This document shows, piece by piece, positions 26,231 to 39,562 of a stretch of DNA of 64,000 nt. Under the pieces are notes generated by a model. The model made no database searches, was not told the origin of the DNA, and worked only from the letters and a program-made list of their open reading frames with translations. The DNA comes from Octopus vulgaris. Taxonomy: Eukaryota. Position 1 is the first letter of the stretch, and each line of letters starts with the position of its first letter. The DNA is taken from NCBI GenBank assembly GCA_951406725.2, contig OX597839.1:25110001-25174000 (forward strand), written 5' to 3'. Position numbers and translations under genes: made by a program.

Positions 26231-26696
26231 ACGAGCTGGCAGAATCGTTAGCACGCTGGGCAAAATGCGTAACCGTTACGTTCTGAGTTCAAATTCCGTC
26301 GAGGTCGACTTTGCCTTTCATCCTTTCGGGGTCGATAAATTAAGTACCACTTACGCACTGGGGTCGATGTTAGTTAGTTAGTTAGTTAGTTAATTTGGCT
26401 CAAAAGCAAATAGCAAGGCCATGTAGGGGGACATGGAGTTAAGTACAGGGTGGTGTTCATGTAAAGAGTTCAGGCCACTTGAGGTCAAGGGAGGCTTTGA
26501 ACAAAGTGGTCGTCAGCATCTTCACCATCTCGTCTGGCAGCTTGTTCCACGGATCCGCAACCCGGACGGAGAAAGCTCCTCTCCTTTGATTGAGATGAGA
26601 TGAAATCGTTGCAGATAAGATGTAATCGACTTAATTCGTTTGTCTGTCCTTGTTTGTCCCCTCTATGTTTAGCCCCTTGTGGGTAGTAAAGAAACA
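26231..26696 (+). mobile_element. SINE family B split by a CR1 insertion
   Basis: 16-bp TSD catatcatgtctgaag (26215-26230, 26697-26712). Confidence 0.85.
26371..26618 (-). pseudogene. CR1-clade LINE 3' end (5'-truncated)
   Basis: Minus frame HLNQRRGAFSVRVADPWNKLPDEMVKMLTTTLFKASLDLKWPELFT* followed by a (TAAC)n tail; 5-bp duplication gatgt. Confidence 0.85.
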
Positions 26697-26957
26697 CATA
26701 TCATGTCTGAAGCCAAGACATGCAAATCCCTCTGTAATCCCCTGTCCATCAATCTGTAAATACTCACCAGAGGAGTTGAATCAATTCACTGATAAGTAAG
26801 CAGAGGGAGCACTGTAAACCTGATGACTGTTTCATTAGCGTTTAGTATTGGGTTCAGCTATTCTCGTCGAGATTCGGTTGATAGAAATGACTTTTAGGGA
26901 CCAAGGAGTGGATTAACATTTTGACATTCATATCACTTGATTAAATGTAATACTTGT

Positions 26958-27361
26958 TTACTCTGTTACTTGTTTCAGTCATTTGACTGCGGCCATGCTG
27001 GAGCACTGCCTTTTAGTCGAGCAATTCGACCCCAGGACTTATTCTTTGTAAACCCAGTACTTAGTCTACCAGTCTCTTTTGCCGAACCGCTAAGTGACGG
27101 GGACGTAAATACACCAGCATTGGTTGTCAAGCAATGCTAGGGGGACAAACACAGACACACAAACATACACACATATATACATATATATACATATATACGA
27201 CAGGCTTCTTTCAGTTTCCATCTACCAAATCCACTCACAAGGCTTGGGTTTGCCCGAGGCTGTAGTAGAAGACACTTGCCCAAGATGCCACGCAGTGAGA
27301 TTGAACCCGGAACCATGTGATTGGTAAGCAAGTTACTTACCACACAGCCACTCCTGCGCCT
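26958..27361 (-). mobile_element. SINE family A
   Basis: Reverse copy. Confidence 0.9.
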
Positions 27362-27704
27362 ATTCACATTGTTTATTCACATTGTTTTTAGTTAATGAGG
27401 GATTATCTCATAGCTGCCGAGATTTCAATGATGTGATTGTTTATTTTTAAAATGACATTGTAGGATAGGTGTGAGAGGCTGGATCTGGCCAATTTGAACA
27501 TAAAGCAAGCAGAATATTTGGGTCAAATGTGGCCAGTTAAAATGCGAATGGATTAACAATAATCTGGCATTCAGATTATCCTGTCAAATGTAATGCTTAG
27601 TGATCCACATTGTTTTCATTTATCTCATAGCTTTGAGTGCTTTTAGAGTGACATTGTCGGGTAGGTGTGAAAGGCCAGATTTGGCTAGTTTTGAACATAA
27701 AATA

Positions 27705-28078
27705 GGCACAGGAGTGGCTGTGTGGTAAGTAGCTTACTAACCAACCACATGGTTCTGGGTTCGGTCCCACTGCGTGGCATCTTGGGCAAGTGTCTTCTGC
27801 TATAGCCCCGGGCCGACCAATGCCTTGTGAGTGGATTTGGTAGACGGAAACTGAAAGAAGCCTGTCGCATATATGTATATATGTGTGTGTGTTTGTTCCC
27901 CTAGCATTGCTTGACAACCGATGCTGGTGTATTTACGTCCCCATCACTTAGTGGTTCGGCAAAAGAGACTAATAGAATAAGTACTGGGCTTACAAAAAGA
28001 ATAAGTCCCGGGGTCGATTTGCTCGACTAAAAGGCGGTGCTCCAGCATGGCCACAGTCAAATGACTGAAACAAGTAAA
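27705..28078 (+). mobile_element. SINE family A
   Basis: Full length, inserted in a TTAA-MITE-family fragment. Confidence 0.9.
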
Positions 28079-28589
28079 GGCTGGGCAGAGCCATTTCAAC
28101 CATTTTAACATTTAGATTATTCTGTCAAATGTAATGCTTATTAATTCACATTGTTTTGAATTAATCTTGCATTATCTCATAGCTTGAAACTTCAGCAATG
28201 GGATTGTTTATTTTTAGAATGACATTGTAGGGTAGGCACGAGGGGTCAAATCTGGTCAGTTTGAACATAAAACGGGTAGAATATTCAAGCCAGACATGGC
28301 CAATTCAACGCTTATTCCTTCTGAGATGTTCTGTGTTTCTTTCAATTACTTTAAATATAACAAAGAATTTGGTAAAATAATTTAGTTATCATTAAGCTAG
28401 TGTTAGGAACATAAATGGTGACTAAGGTTTGGTGGAAGATTATAATTCAAAACTTTTGAAAACAAGACATTTGTACTACAGAGCCAGAAGTGGTTTCAGC
28501 CGGGTTGGTATCAAAAGGGTTAATGAAAAAAACTCAGTATTTACAAGTTATACATACTAAGGTATTGTGATGGTAGACAAATAAATAAG

Positions 28590-29130
28590 GGTTTATAATT
28601 TTGGCAACTGGGCCAGCAGTTTTTGAGGGGAATGAGAGTCACTTAGATTGACCCCTTAGTATTTGTATTTATTTCATCGACCCTAAATGAATGAAAGGTA
28701 AAGTCGACCTTAGCAGAAGTTGAACTCAGAAAGAATAATAGTAATACTAACGGTTTTCAAATTTTGGTACAAGGCCTGCAATTTGGGGGGAGGGGGTAAA
28801 TCAATTATATTGACCCCTGTGTTCAACAGGTACTTACTTTATTGACCCCGAAAGGATGAAAGGCAAAAGTCGACCTTAGCAGAAGTTGAACTCAGAAAGA
28901 ATAATAGTAATAATAACGGTTTCAAATTTTGGTACAAGGCCTGCAATTTGGGGGGAGGGGGTAAGTCAATTACATTGACCCCTGTGTTCAACAGGTACTT
29001 ACTTTATTGACCCCGAAAGGATGAAAGGCAAAAGTTGACCTCAGCAGAATTTGAACTCAGAAAGAATACCAGACAAGATGCCGCAAAGCATTTGGTGTGG
29101 TATGTTAATGATTCCACCAGCTTGCCACCT
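28590..29130 (-). mobile_element. SINE family B variant, tandem array (~170-bp unit)
   Basis: Direct repeats 28700-28870 and 28870-29060. Confidence 0.8.
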
Positions 29131-29513
29131 GAAGATAAATAAATCATATCAAATGTTAGTAAACAGCTCGTTAGTGAGTTAATGATTAGCAGATGATGTT
29201 TTTTTTTTTTTAATTACTTTCAATGAGTGACTGTCTGCTTCAGAATATTCCAGCAAGTTGTAAATATTTACTTCTTGTCCTATTAATTAACTATTCATTA
29301 GTGTTGAACCAAACATTTGCTGCTTGACGAGGGAATTAACTATTAAAATTTTCAACCTCTCGTTAGATGGTTCGGTGGAATATTTTGAGCATTAAACATA
29401 ATAAGTCGCTGTATTTAATTAGAAAGGCATCAAATTGGCAGCGACATTAGGATATCAGAGGGAATTCTTTACCATTTTGGTTCCATCTCCCTCTACTCTG
29501 AATAGGAATTCAT

Positions 29514-29654
29514 TGCTTACCAACCACATGGTTCCGGGTTCAGTCCCACTGCGTGGCACCTTGGGCAAGTGTCTTCTGCTATAGCCTCGGGCTGACCAAT
29601 GCCTTGTGAGTGGATTTGGTAGATGGAAACTGAAAGAAGCCTGTCATATATATG

Positions 29655-29697
<43 letters not shown>

Positions 29698-29928
29698 ATA
29701 TGTTTGTGTGTCTGTGTTTGTCCCCCTAGCATTGCTTGACAACCGATGCTGGTGTGTTTACGTCCCCGTCACCTAGCGGTTCGGCAAAAGAGACCGATAG
29801 AATAAGTACTGGGCTTACAAAGAATAAGTCCCGGGTCGATTTGCTCGACTAAAGGCGGTGCTCCAGCATGGCCGCAGTCAAATGACTGAAACAATTAAAA
29901 GAGTAAAAGAGTAAGAGTAAAAGAGTAA
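29514..29928 (+). mobile_element. SINE family A (5'-truncated)
   Basis: Body plus (gagtaaaa)n tail. Confidence 0.9.
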
Positions 29929-30504
29929 ATGTTCCAAACATCAGCTTAATAATGACGGCTATTTTACTAAATTCCTTATTATTTTCAATATTAATTGAAA
30001 GAAAGATAATGTATCTCAAATGAAATATGGTAGCAAAAGGGTTAAAGTGATCTAAAGTAAAACCTTTCTTGAAAATTCCATGTTAATTTATGTTCCAAAT
30101 ACCAGATTAATGGCAAAATTATTTTACCAAATTCTTTATTATTTTCAAAAATTGAAACAAAAGCAATTTATTTCAACAGAAATAGGGTGATGAAAGGGTT
30201 AAAATTATCTAAATTAAGACCTTTTATCAAAATTTGGTACTAATTTATGTTTCAAATACCATGTTAATAATAGCAAAGTGATTTTACTAAATTCTTTATT
30301 ATTTCCAAAATTTATTGAGCAAAGGTCGTGTATGTCAATAGAAAAGGGTTTAAGAACTGACCCTGATACAAATGGAATTACAAGACTGGGACTGAAGTGA
30401 TGTTATTTGACATTAGAAGCACCAATTTGTCTTATAATGGCACCGAACATTTCACTCTTCTGAATATTATATTAACTTGCATTTTGTACATGTGGATAGA
30501 AACA

Positions 30505-31440
30505 GTGTTTCAAGGACATACTGAAAGCCTTTGAGATGAACCCTAACACCTGGGAAATGCAAACACATGACACTCCCACCTGGTGAAGCATCAACAACAG
30601 AGGTGCCACTTCCAACAAACAGAATGGGATTGCAGAAGCTCAAGGAAAATGTGGACTACGGAAGACCAGATCCAATTCCTTGCCTTCAGTTCCAGCAGAC
30701 CACCAATACCTATTTCTTTATTACCCACAAGGGGCTAAACACAGAGGGGACAAACAAGGACAGACATAGGTATTAAGTCGATTACATCGACCCCAGTGCG
30801 TAACTGGTACTTAATTTATCGACTCCGAAAGGATGAAAGGCAAAGTCGACCTCGGCGGAATTTGAACTCACAACGTAACGCAGACGAAATACCGCTAAGC
30901 ATTTTGCCCGGCTAAACATAGAGGGGACAAACAAGGACAGACAAAGGTATTAAGTCGATTACATCGACCCCAGTGCATAACTGGTACTTAATTTATCGAC
31001 TCCGAAAGGATGAAAGGCAAAGTCGACCTCGGTGGAATTTGAACTCAGAATGTAGCGACTGACCAAATACCTATTTCTTTATTACCCACAAGGGGCTAAA
31101 CACAGAGGGGACAAACAAGGACAGACATAGGTATTAAGTCGATTACATCGACCCCAGTGCGTAACTGGTACTTAATTTATCGACTCCGAAAGGATGAAAG
31201 GCAAAGTCGACCTCGGCGGAATTTGAACTCAGAACGTAACGGCAGATGAAATACCGCTAAGCATTTCGCCCAGCGTGCTAACGTTTCTGCCAGCTCGCCA
31301 CCTTATAAGACCACCAATACCTGACATGCAGTAGAGCCTTCCAAGGATGCAACGGAGTGATTGACCACAGCTGGACACACGGTGCCCCATTTTCTTCTCC
31401 TAATGTGACATCCTTGGTCATCCACCAACACCAGGGGACA
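30505..31440 (+). pseudogene. RTE-clade LINE 3' fragment interrupted by a SINE B trimer
   Basis: FKDILKAFEMNPNTWE..TW..IAEAQGK..TCSRAF..H..TH resembles the RTE/BovB C-terminus with its C2H2 finger. Confidence 0.65.
30712..31307 (-). mobile_element. SINE family B head-to-tail trimer
   Basis: Three units bracketed by one 15-bp TSD agaccaccaatacct (30697-30711, 31308-31322). Confidence 0.88.
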
Positions 31441-31965
31441 AACTATTGTCTTGTTCTTCATAAACCAGCTTAACTTTGACACCTCACTATAATGGCTTTA
31501 TCTCCGTCATGCAAAGAACAGAGCAGGGATTAACTGATTAATGGGATTAAGAAGGTTTATGTGCAAAGGCAGATAATCCAATTCCCATATTGACATCATA
31601 AAATCATTTGTGTGTGTGTGTGTGTGTTTGTGTTGCGGTGCAGCAAATCAGCTGACTCATTAGAGCATCAGATAAATTGCCTTGTGGTATTTGCTCTGAG
31701 TTCAAATCCCACCAAAGTCACACTAAAGGGTTAATCCTTTCAAGATCAGTAAAGTACCGGTCACGTACTGAGACCTTCTTCCTTTCCACCTCTATCTCTT
31801 TCCATTTCTGTTTTTCTCTTGCTTTCTCTCCTTTGAAAGACATTGGCTGGAGAAGGTTGAGCTCCACTGGGTTTGAAATACTTTAGCAGTGCCCCAAAGT
31901 CTTCTTGGGCCTTTTAAGGGCCCACTGAAGGATTTAAAGATATGTAAGAGGATACATTATTGAAT

Positions 31966-32349
31966 TACTCTTTTACTTGTTTCAGTCATTTGACTGCGGC
32001 CATGCTGGAGCACCGCCTTTTGTCGAGCAAATCAACCCCGGGACTTATTCTTTGTAAGCCTAGTACATATTCTATCGGTCTCTTTTGCCGAACCGCTAAG
32101 TGACGTGGACATAAACAGACCAGCATCGGTTGTCAAGCAATGCTAGGGGGACAAACACAGACACACAAACATACACACACACACACACATATAGGCTTCT
32201 TTCAGTTTCCGTCTACCAAATCCACTCACAAGGCTTTGCTTGGCCCGAGGCTATAGTAGAAGACACTTGCCCAAGGTGCCATGCAATGGGACTGAACCTG
32301 GAACCATGTGGTTGGTAAGCAAGCTACTTACCACACAGCCACTCCTGCA
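31966..32349 (-). mobile_element. SINE family A
   Basis: Reverse copy. Confidence 0.9.
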
Positions 32350-32589
32350 CAAAAATTGTGAATTTTTGTGTAAAAAAAAAAAATAGGTGGGCGTTGGGTG
32401 ACGATGTTTGCTTGTGTGTGTGTGTGTTGAATCGTTTGCATACAGGAAGCAAGTCTGAGATGGTGTGTTAGTATTTTTGTAATATGAGGAATAGTAATTC
32501 CATGTCATGCTGGTATATTTGAAATATAAGGAATGGTATCCTAATGGCGTGTTGGTATATTTGGTCTACAATCTAAAAAGGATAATGAC

Positions 32590-33340
32590 CTCTCCTCCAC
32601 CCTTCAGTCACGAATGACGATGCGATTGCACCTAAAGAGTGGAGGCGCAATGGCCCAGTGGTTAGGGCAGCGGACTCGCAGACATAGGGTCGCGGTTTCG
32701 ATTCCCAGACCGGGCATTGTGAGTGTTTATTGAGCAAAAACACCTAAAAGCTCCACGAGGCTCTGGCAGGGGATGGTGGTGATCCCTGCTGTACTCTTTC
32801 ACCACAACTTTCTCTCACTCTTACTTCCTGTTTCTGTTGTACCTGTATTTCAAAGGGTCCAGCCTTGTCACTCTCTGTGTCACGCTGAATATCCCAGAGA
32901 ATTGCGTTAAGGGTACATGTGTCTGTGGAGTGCTCAGCCACTTACACGTTAATTTCACGAGCAGGCTGTTCCGTTGATCGGATCAACCGGAACCCTCATC
33001 GTCGTAACCAACGGAGTGCTTCCATGCATCCATGCACCTAAAGAGTTCCTTTCCAAGGCACAAGTCTGGGCAAAGTTGCTTATGGAAGACCATCAGCCAC
33101 CCATGCATACCAGCCTCCCCCTTCTTCACACCACTGATGTTATCCAAGAGAAAGGCAAAGGGGCCGATACAGCTTGGCACCAGTGACATCGTGACTCATT
33201 TCTACAGCTGAGTAAACTGGAGCAATGTGAAATCAAGCGTCTTGCTCAAGAACACAACATACAGCCCACTCCATGAATCGAACTCTCGATCCCACGATTG
33301 TATGCCTGGTGCTCTGTCGACTGAGTCATGCACCTTCACA
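32590..33340 (-). mobile_element. Older tRNA-SINE-like element hosting the family I insertion
   Basis: Sequence is continuous across the TSD; the right end has reverse A/B-box-like motifs (atcgaactc, gactgagtca). Confidence 0.5.
32641..33032 (+). mobile_element. tRNA-derived SINE family I (alternative 3' module)
   Basis: 14-bp TSD tgcacctaaagagt (32627-32640, 33033-33046); B-box gtttcgattcc. Confidence 0.85.
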
Positions 33341-33363
33341 TGGTCTATAATCTACGGATTGCA

Positions 33364-33605
33364 GTAGAGTAAGGCGGCGAACTGGCAGAAATGTTAGCAC
33401 ACCGGGCGAAATGCTAAGCGGTATTTTGTCTGCCGTTACGTTCTGAGTTCAAATTCCGCCGAGGTCGACTTTGCCTTTCATCCTTTCGGGGGTCGATAAA
33501 TTAAGTACCAGTTACGCGCTGGGGTCGATGTAATCGACTTAATACCTATGTCTGTCCTTGTTTGTCCCCTCTTGTCTTTAGCCCCTTGTGGGTAGTAAAG
33601 AAATA
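33364..33605 (+). mobile_element. SINE family B (full-length monomer)
   Basis: 18-bp TSD tataatctacggattgca (33346-33363, 33606-33623); B-box gagttcaaattcc. Confidence 0.9.
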
Positions 33606-33966
33606 TATAATCTACGGATTGCAAATATGATTAATATCAACATTTCATTCAATACCACGAATCAGCAAGGGAAAAATCTACGTGGTCGCTAGAAATAGCA
33701 GCCAGATGTGCCTCAAACTACACTCCGCCGTCTCAGAAACCGGCACATTGTACGACACGGTTGTTGGTTACTTGCACACAGAAAAAAAAAGGCGTGAGAG
33801 TCATGAGTGGAATGTCTTTCATCATAGTTTAGCTTGATTGGTAATAACATGGGGCTGAATAACGAGGGAGCTGCTATGTACTCGCTCAATTTGCTAAAAA
33901 TAGCAGCCATGCTTTGCTGTTCATGTTAACGAGAGCAGCAAAGCATGGCTGCTCGTTTTAGAAATA

Positions 33967-34453
33967 TCTTTATATATAAAAAAGAGGTTGTGTGTCTGTC
34001 TCCTACGATTTAGATTCCTAACTACTCCCACATTTTGCGGTGCAGTTTAACCAAAACCGGGTATCTTATAGTCGTGATTCATATCGAGCCCTTCTGGGTA
34101 TTAGCGCGCGTCTACGATGAGTCTACGATTTAAAAAAAAATTTACCATCTTTTTTTTTCCATTTTAATGCATTTTTTCGATATTATATAAGGGAAGTAAC
34201 TCTCTAAAAATGTCTACGATGAGTCAACGATTATTTAAAAAAATTTCCCTTCATTTTTTTCCATTTTAATGCATTTTTTCGCTATTATATAAGGGAAGTA
34301 ACTCTCTAAAAATGTCTACGATGAGTCAACGATTATTTAAAAAAATTACCATCTTTTTTCCATTTTTAATGCAATTTTTTGCTATAACTCTCTAAAAATG
34401 CTAATATAGTTATTTCCCTTACAAACCCGAGCAACGCCGGGCGATACTGCTAG
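33967..34453 (+). mobile_element. Non-autonomous Helitron
   Basis: A|TC start, 3' hairpin cccgagcaacgccggg, CTAG|T end, no TSD; second copy at 60544. Confidence 0.88.
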
Positions 34454-34839
34454 TAATCGATGTATTTTAATGAATCCAACGTCACACTTAAAAATAACCT
34501 TATCTTGCTGGTTGTTTACTGTATTAGTTTCGTTTTAAGATATCTTTCATTTCGTGGGTGGGGGAAATACTTTCACTTTGGTGGAATTCTGGAAACGAAG
34601 AAGAGCTGACACTTTGAACTCGGAATGTAAGGTCAGAACTAAAAACTAAATTTCGTCCGGCGATGGCTCAGTCGAATTGTGGGCCCCCACCCGGCATCCA
34701 CGACACAAACTGTTACACACACCTCCAGGTGTAACAGACGCCGTGTAGCCATCTGTCGAAGAGTTATTCAAATTGTCCTTCATAACTTATCGATTAGGCA
34801 CGTTAACACACACATATTTCTCTCTCTCTCTCTCTCCAT

Positions 34840-34980
34840 CACACACACACACACAATTTTGACTTCCCCTAACACACACACACACACACACACAATTTTG
34901 ACTTCCCCTAACACACACACACACACACACACACAATTTTGACTTCCTCTAACACACACACACACAATTTTGACTTCCCC

Positions 34981-35013
<33 letters not shown>

Positions 35014-35110
35014 TTTGACTTCCCCTAACACACACACACACACACACACAATTTTGACTTCCCCTAACACACACACAATTTTGACGTCCTCTAACACACA
35101 CACACACACA
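34840..35110. repeat. Minisatellite aattttgacttcccctaa(ca)n
   Basis: About 7 units with variable CA length. Confidence 0.92.
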
Positions 35111-35176
35111 CCACACATCTCTCTTTCTCTCTCGCCTCACACTACGTCTCTCTCTCTCTCTCTCGTCTCACACTAC

Positions 35177-35215
<39 letters not shown>

Positions 35216-35617
35216 GGACTAAAATACTCTACTTTCTAACAATAATACAACAATAATTACCAATCGATCCAAACCCGACACAATTTCAGTCGTCAGCTGT
35301 TGCCAAAAGAAAAGAGGTCGCACCATAAATTTGAGCAATTTTCTGCGAATGCTGCCCTATATCAGTCCAACCACGTCCTACCACTCCTACCATTCGTATC
35401 AAACAACTTCATTATCGTTGCTGTTGTCGTCATTATTCAATAAAACGGTCCTAGTAATTAGAGACCACAAAATGAACTTAGTCGTTAATTAACGATTCGA
35501 ATCAAATTTCGAACTAAATGCAACAGTGAGATTAGAGTTATCTCCCTTAGACGTTTCCTCGCTGAATGACCCAAGAAAGAGATTTTCTCTTCTCTGCCAT
35601 CAGTTTTAATGTAATTC

Positions 35618-35842
35618 TCTCTTTTTACTTGTTTCAGTCATTTTGACTGCGGCCATGCTGGAGCACCGCCTTTAATCGAGCAACTACACCCCGGGACTTA
35701 TTCTTTTGTAAGCCCAGTACTTATTCTATCGGTCTCTTTTGCCGAAACGCTAAGTTACGGGGACATAAACACACCAGCATCGGTTGTCAAGCAATGCTAG
35801 AGGGACAAACACAGACACACAAACACACACGCACACACACAG

Positions 35843-35875
<33 letters not shown>

Positions 35876-36027
35876 TACGACAGGCTTGCTTTCAGTTTCC
35901 GTCTACCAAATCCAATCACAAGGCATTGGTCGGCCTGAGGCTATAGTAGAAGACACTTGCCCAAGGTGCCACGCAGCGGGACTGAACCCGGAACCATGTG
36001 GTTGGTTAGCAAGCTACTTACCACACT
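35618..36027 (-). mobile_element. SINE family A
   Basis: Reverse copy. Confidence 0.88.
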
Positions 36028-36295
36028 CTTTTGTAAAACGCTTCTTGTCATTAATTTTAACATATTGAAGGCAGCGAGCTGGCACAATCGCTAGCAGTAT
36101 ATGAAGTGTGTGTGTGTGTGTAGGAAGAGTAAAATAGGAGGCCGTAACGTTCATGCCTTTTCCCGGAGTATCAGCTTTGCAGGGGAAGTGGAGGGAAAAA
36201 AAACTGAGAGGAAGTCAAAAACACGGCACGCAAAAGGCTTTGGTGACATTATATTGGTCTTTATATTCAAACTCTGCCGAAGTCGATGAAATAAA

Positions 36296-36483
36296 TACCT
36301 ATTTCTTTACTACCCATAAGGGGCTAAACATAGAGGGGACAAACAAGGACAGACATAGGGATTAAGTCGATTACATCGACCCCAGTGCGTAACTGGTACT
36401 TAATTTATCGACCCCGAAAGGATGAAAGGCAAAGTCGACCTCGGCGGAATTTGAACTCACAGCGTAACAGCAGACGAAATACG
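36296..36483 (-). mobile_element. SINE family B (headless unit)
   Basis: Matches 33364 in reverse. Confidence 0.85.
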
Positions 36484-36985
36484 GTCTGTCATGCTCTAGC
36501 ACCTACCAAATCTACTTACAAGGCTTTGGTCGTGCCACACAGTGGAACTTAACTACGATCTGAGTTCAAATTCCGCCGAGTCCACTCCGCCTTTCATCCT
36601 TTTGGGGATTTAGCTCCTCCCACGAAATTGCTGGCCTTGTGCGAAATTTTGAAACCATTGTGAAGTATGATGGCGTTGTGTGTGGTAACCCTAGGTTAGT
36701 CCTGATTGAGTAGACCTAGGATCGAACTCGGTCTAGTTCAGAAAGACTATGCTAGTTTTTCGAGCATAGTTCACCTTGGAGTACAATTTTTATTGTGTTC
36801 GTCTCAGTTAAAGAAGAAAAAAAGGAAAAGAAAAGAAAACGGGTGGGGTTCTGATTTAAGTTTTGCGGCGTCCTGCAAGTCACATGTTTGTCAGGGAGCT
36901 GACGGGGGAGTCACTGTGGGTACTGGACCTGCTAAAAATAGCAGCTGAACCACATCAGATTCTGCTAAAAGGGGAAGGACATACA

Positions 36986-37389
36986 TACTCTTACTCTTTT
37001 ACTCTTTTCAGTCATTTGACTGCGGCCATGCTGGAGCACCGCCTTTAGTCGAGCAAATCGACCCCGGGACTTATTCTTTGTAAGCCCAGTACTTATTCTA
37101 TCTGTCTCTTTTTTGCCGAACCGCTAAGTAACGGGGACGTAAACACACCAGCATCGGTTGTCAAGCAATGCTAGGGGGACAAACACAGACACACAAACAC
37201 ATACATATACGTATATATATATATATGACAGGCTTCTTTCAGTTTCCGTCTACCAGATCCACTCACAAGGCATTGGTCGGCCCGGGGCTATAGCAGAAGA
37301 CACTTGCCCAAGATGCCACGCAGTGGGACTGAACCCGGAACCATGTGGTTGGTTAGCAAGCTACTTACCACACAGCCACTCCTGCGCCT
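36986..37389 (-). mobile_element. SINE family A
   Basis: Reverse copy. Confidence 0.9.
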
Positions 37390-37444
37390 ATATATATATA
37401 AATCATAAAAATAATAGCAAAAAACATACTCTACTGTACTGTTT

Positions 37445-37513
37445 CTACTTCGCGGATTTTCACTTATCACGGGGGAAAAAAAGTGGGGTCGCGATAGTCG
37501 AGGGATTACTGTA
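37445..37513. mobile_element. pogo/Tigger-like TIR fragment
   Basis: cgcgatagtcgagggattactg-TA terminus. Confidence 0.45.
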
Positions 37514-37654
37514 CTGTGTAATGGGGTCTTTTTAAGATTTGGTTCAGACATGAGAGAGGGAGGTTTACTCATGGTGTAGCTAAAAAAAAGAAGTAATTTC
37601 TGTTATAAGCACAAGGCCTGAAAGTTGGGGGAAGGGGAAGGGGATAGTCACTTA

Positions 37655-37987
37655 CATCGACCCAGTGCGTAACTGGTACTTAATTTATCGACCTAGAAAG
37701 AATGAAATGCAAAGTCGACCGGGGCGGAATTTGAACTCGGAACGTAGTGGCAGACGAAATGCCTGTTTCTTTACTACCCACAAGGGGCTAAACAGAGAGA
37801 GGACAGACAAACGGATTAAGTCGATTACATCGACCCCAGTGCGTAACTGGTACTTATTTAATCGACCCCGAGAGGATGAAAGGCAAAGTCGACCTCGGCG
37901 GAATTTGAACTCAGAACGTAACAACAGACGAAATACCGCTAAGCAATTTCGCCCAGCGTGCTAACGTTTCTGCCAGCTCGCCGCCCT
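37655..37987 (-). mobile_element. SINE family B dimer
   Basis: Two units joined at gacgaaatgcctgtttc. Confidence 0.85.
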
Positions 37988-38709
37988 CCCCATTAATAAT
38001 AATAATAATAATAATTATTGTAATAATAATGGTTTCCAATTTTGGCGCAAGGCCAGCAATTTCGGGTGAAGAAATAAAGTACGTGGACCCCCCAGTAATC
38101 AACTGGTACATATATTATCGAGTCTGAAAGGCAAAGTTGGCGTGATAGCCAGCGCTGGAGTGCCTTTGCTCGTAAATTTACTGGATTAGGACTGACCGGC
38201 TGCTATTTTTAGCAGGTTCAGTACCCACAGTGACTCTCTTGTTAAATTTTGATTTTCTTTTATTGCTAACGTTTGTTGTTCTGTGCGACATCTGTTGCTA
38301 TCGAGGTGAATGTAAGCTATATATATTTCCTTTGATTATATGGGAGGCCGTGACGTTGATGCCTGGCTCTGGAGTGCATCAGCTGTGCGGCGGGAGAAGT
38401 AAGTAAAATGAAAAAACTCAGTCAAACAGCACGTATCTTTAGCAATGCTCGAATGAGCAGGCGACAATGGTTTGGTAGCCTTGTCGTCTAAACTCCGCCT
38501 ACTTTTTTGTAAACTCCGCCCACTTCGATTTCATTGGCTGTTCTCTCTTTCTCTCCAGAAAAAATACGCTAATCCTTTCTCAGTAATTATTAGACTGTGG
38601 CCATGCTGGAGCACCACCTTTAGTCGAGCAAATCGACCCCAAAACTTATTCTTTGTAAGCCTAGTACTTACTCTATCGGTCTCTCTTGTCGAGCGATGGT
38701 GGGGGACAG

Positions 38710-38750
<41 letters not shown>

Positions 38751-38806
38751 TACATACATATATATATAATTATATATATATATATATATAGGAAGGTTTG
38801 GAGATG

Positions 38807-38838
<32 letters not shown>

Positions 38839-39096
38839 GACGGGCTTCTTTCAGTTTCCGTTTACCAAATCTACTCACAAGGCTTTAGTCGGCCCGAGGC
38901 TATAGTAGAAGACACTTGCCCAAGATGCCACGCAGATATATAGGGTAAAGTAAAATACCGAGCTTTTTAGAAATAGCAGCCAAAAATTTGGCTATTTCTT
39001 CAACTGCAAGAAAAATTCTCCCAGACAATGCATACTCAGGAATAACTCACATAGGTATAAAGGAAAAACAACGAAAGATCACATCCATATAAGATA

Positions 39097-39159
39097 CCCG
39101 AGGACAGCCAGTTTCTGGATTAGTGGATTAAACGCCAACATTTCCTTCATCAGCTCAGA
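39097..39159 (-). ncRNA. Minimal hammerhead ribozyme motif (Penelope-like repeat)
   Basis: Minus strand tctgag-CTGATGA-a-gga..tcc-a-GAAAC-tggct-GTC-ctcggg; 6-bp stem I, GUC site. Confidence 0.6.
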
Positions 39160-39205
39160 GATTTCTTCTGATTTAGATTTGAAAGTACTAAGAATCAAAC
39201 ATATG

Positions 39206-39266
<61 letters not shown>

Positions 39267-39514
39267 CAATAATACATTAATAATATGGTAAAACATTTTA
39301 CCTTTGCCCAAATGAATTAATTGCATCGCAATTCTTAACATTTATGTATTAACTTTGTTGGGTACTTCACTGGCAGTATATTGGATATATGTTATCCCAT
39401 GGAGGGTTGCACTCACAACCCCTATCTCAATTTATATATATATATTGTGATGGGCTTCCTTCAGTTACCGTTTTAGAAATCCACTCACAGGGTCTCATTG
39501 TTTTAGGTACCTCC

Positions 39515-39562
<48 letters not shown>

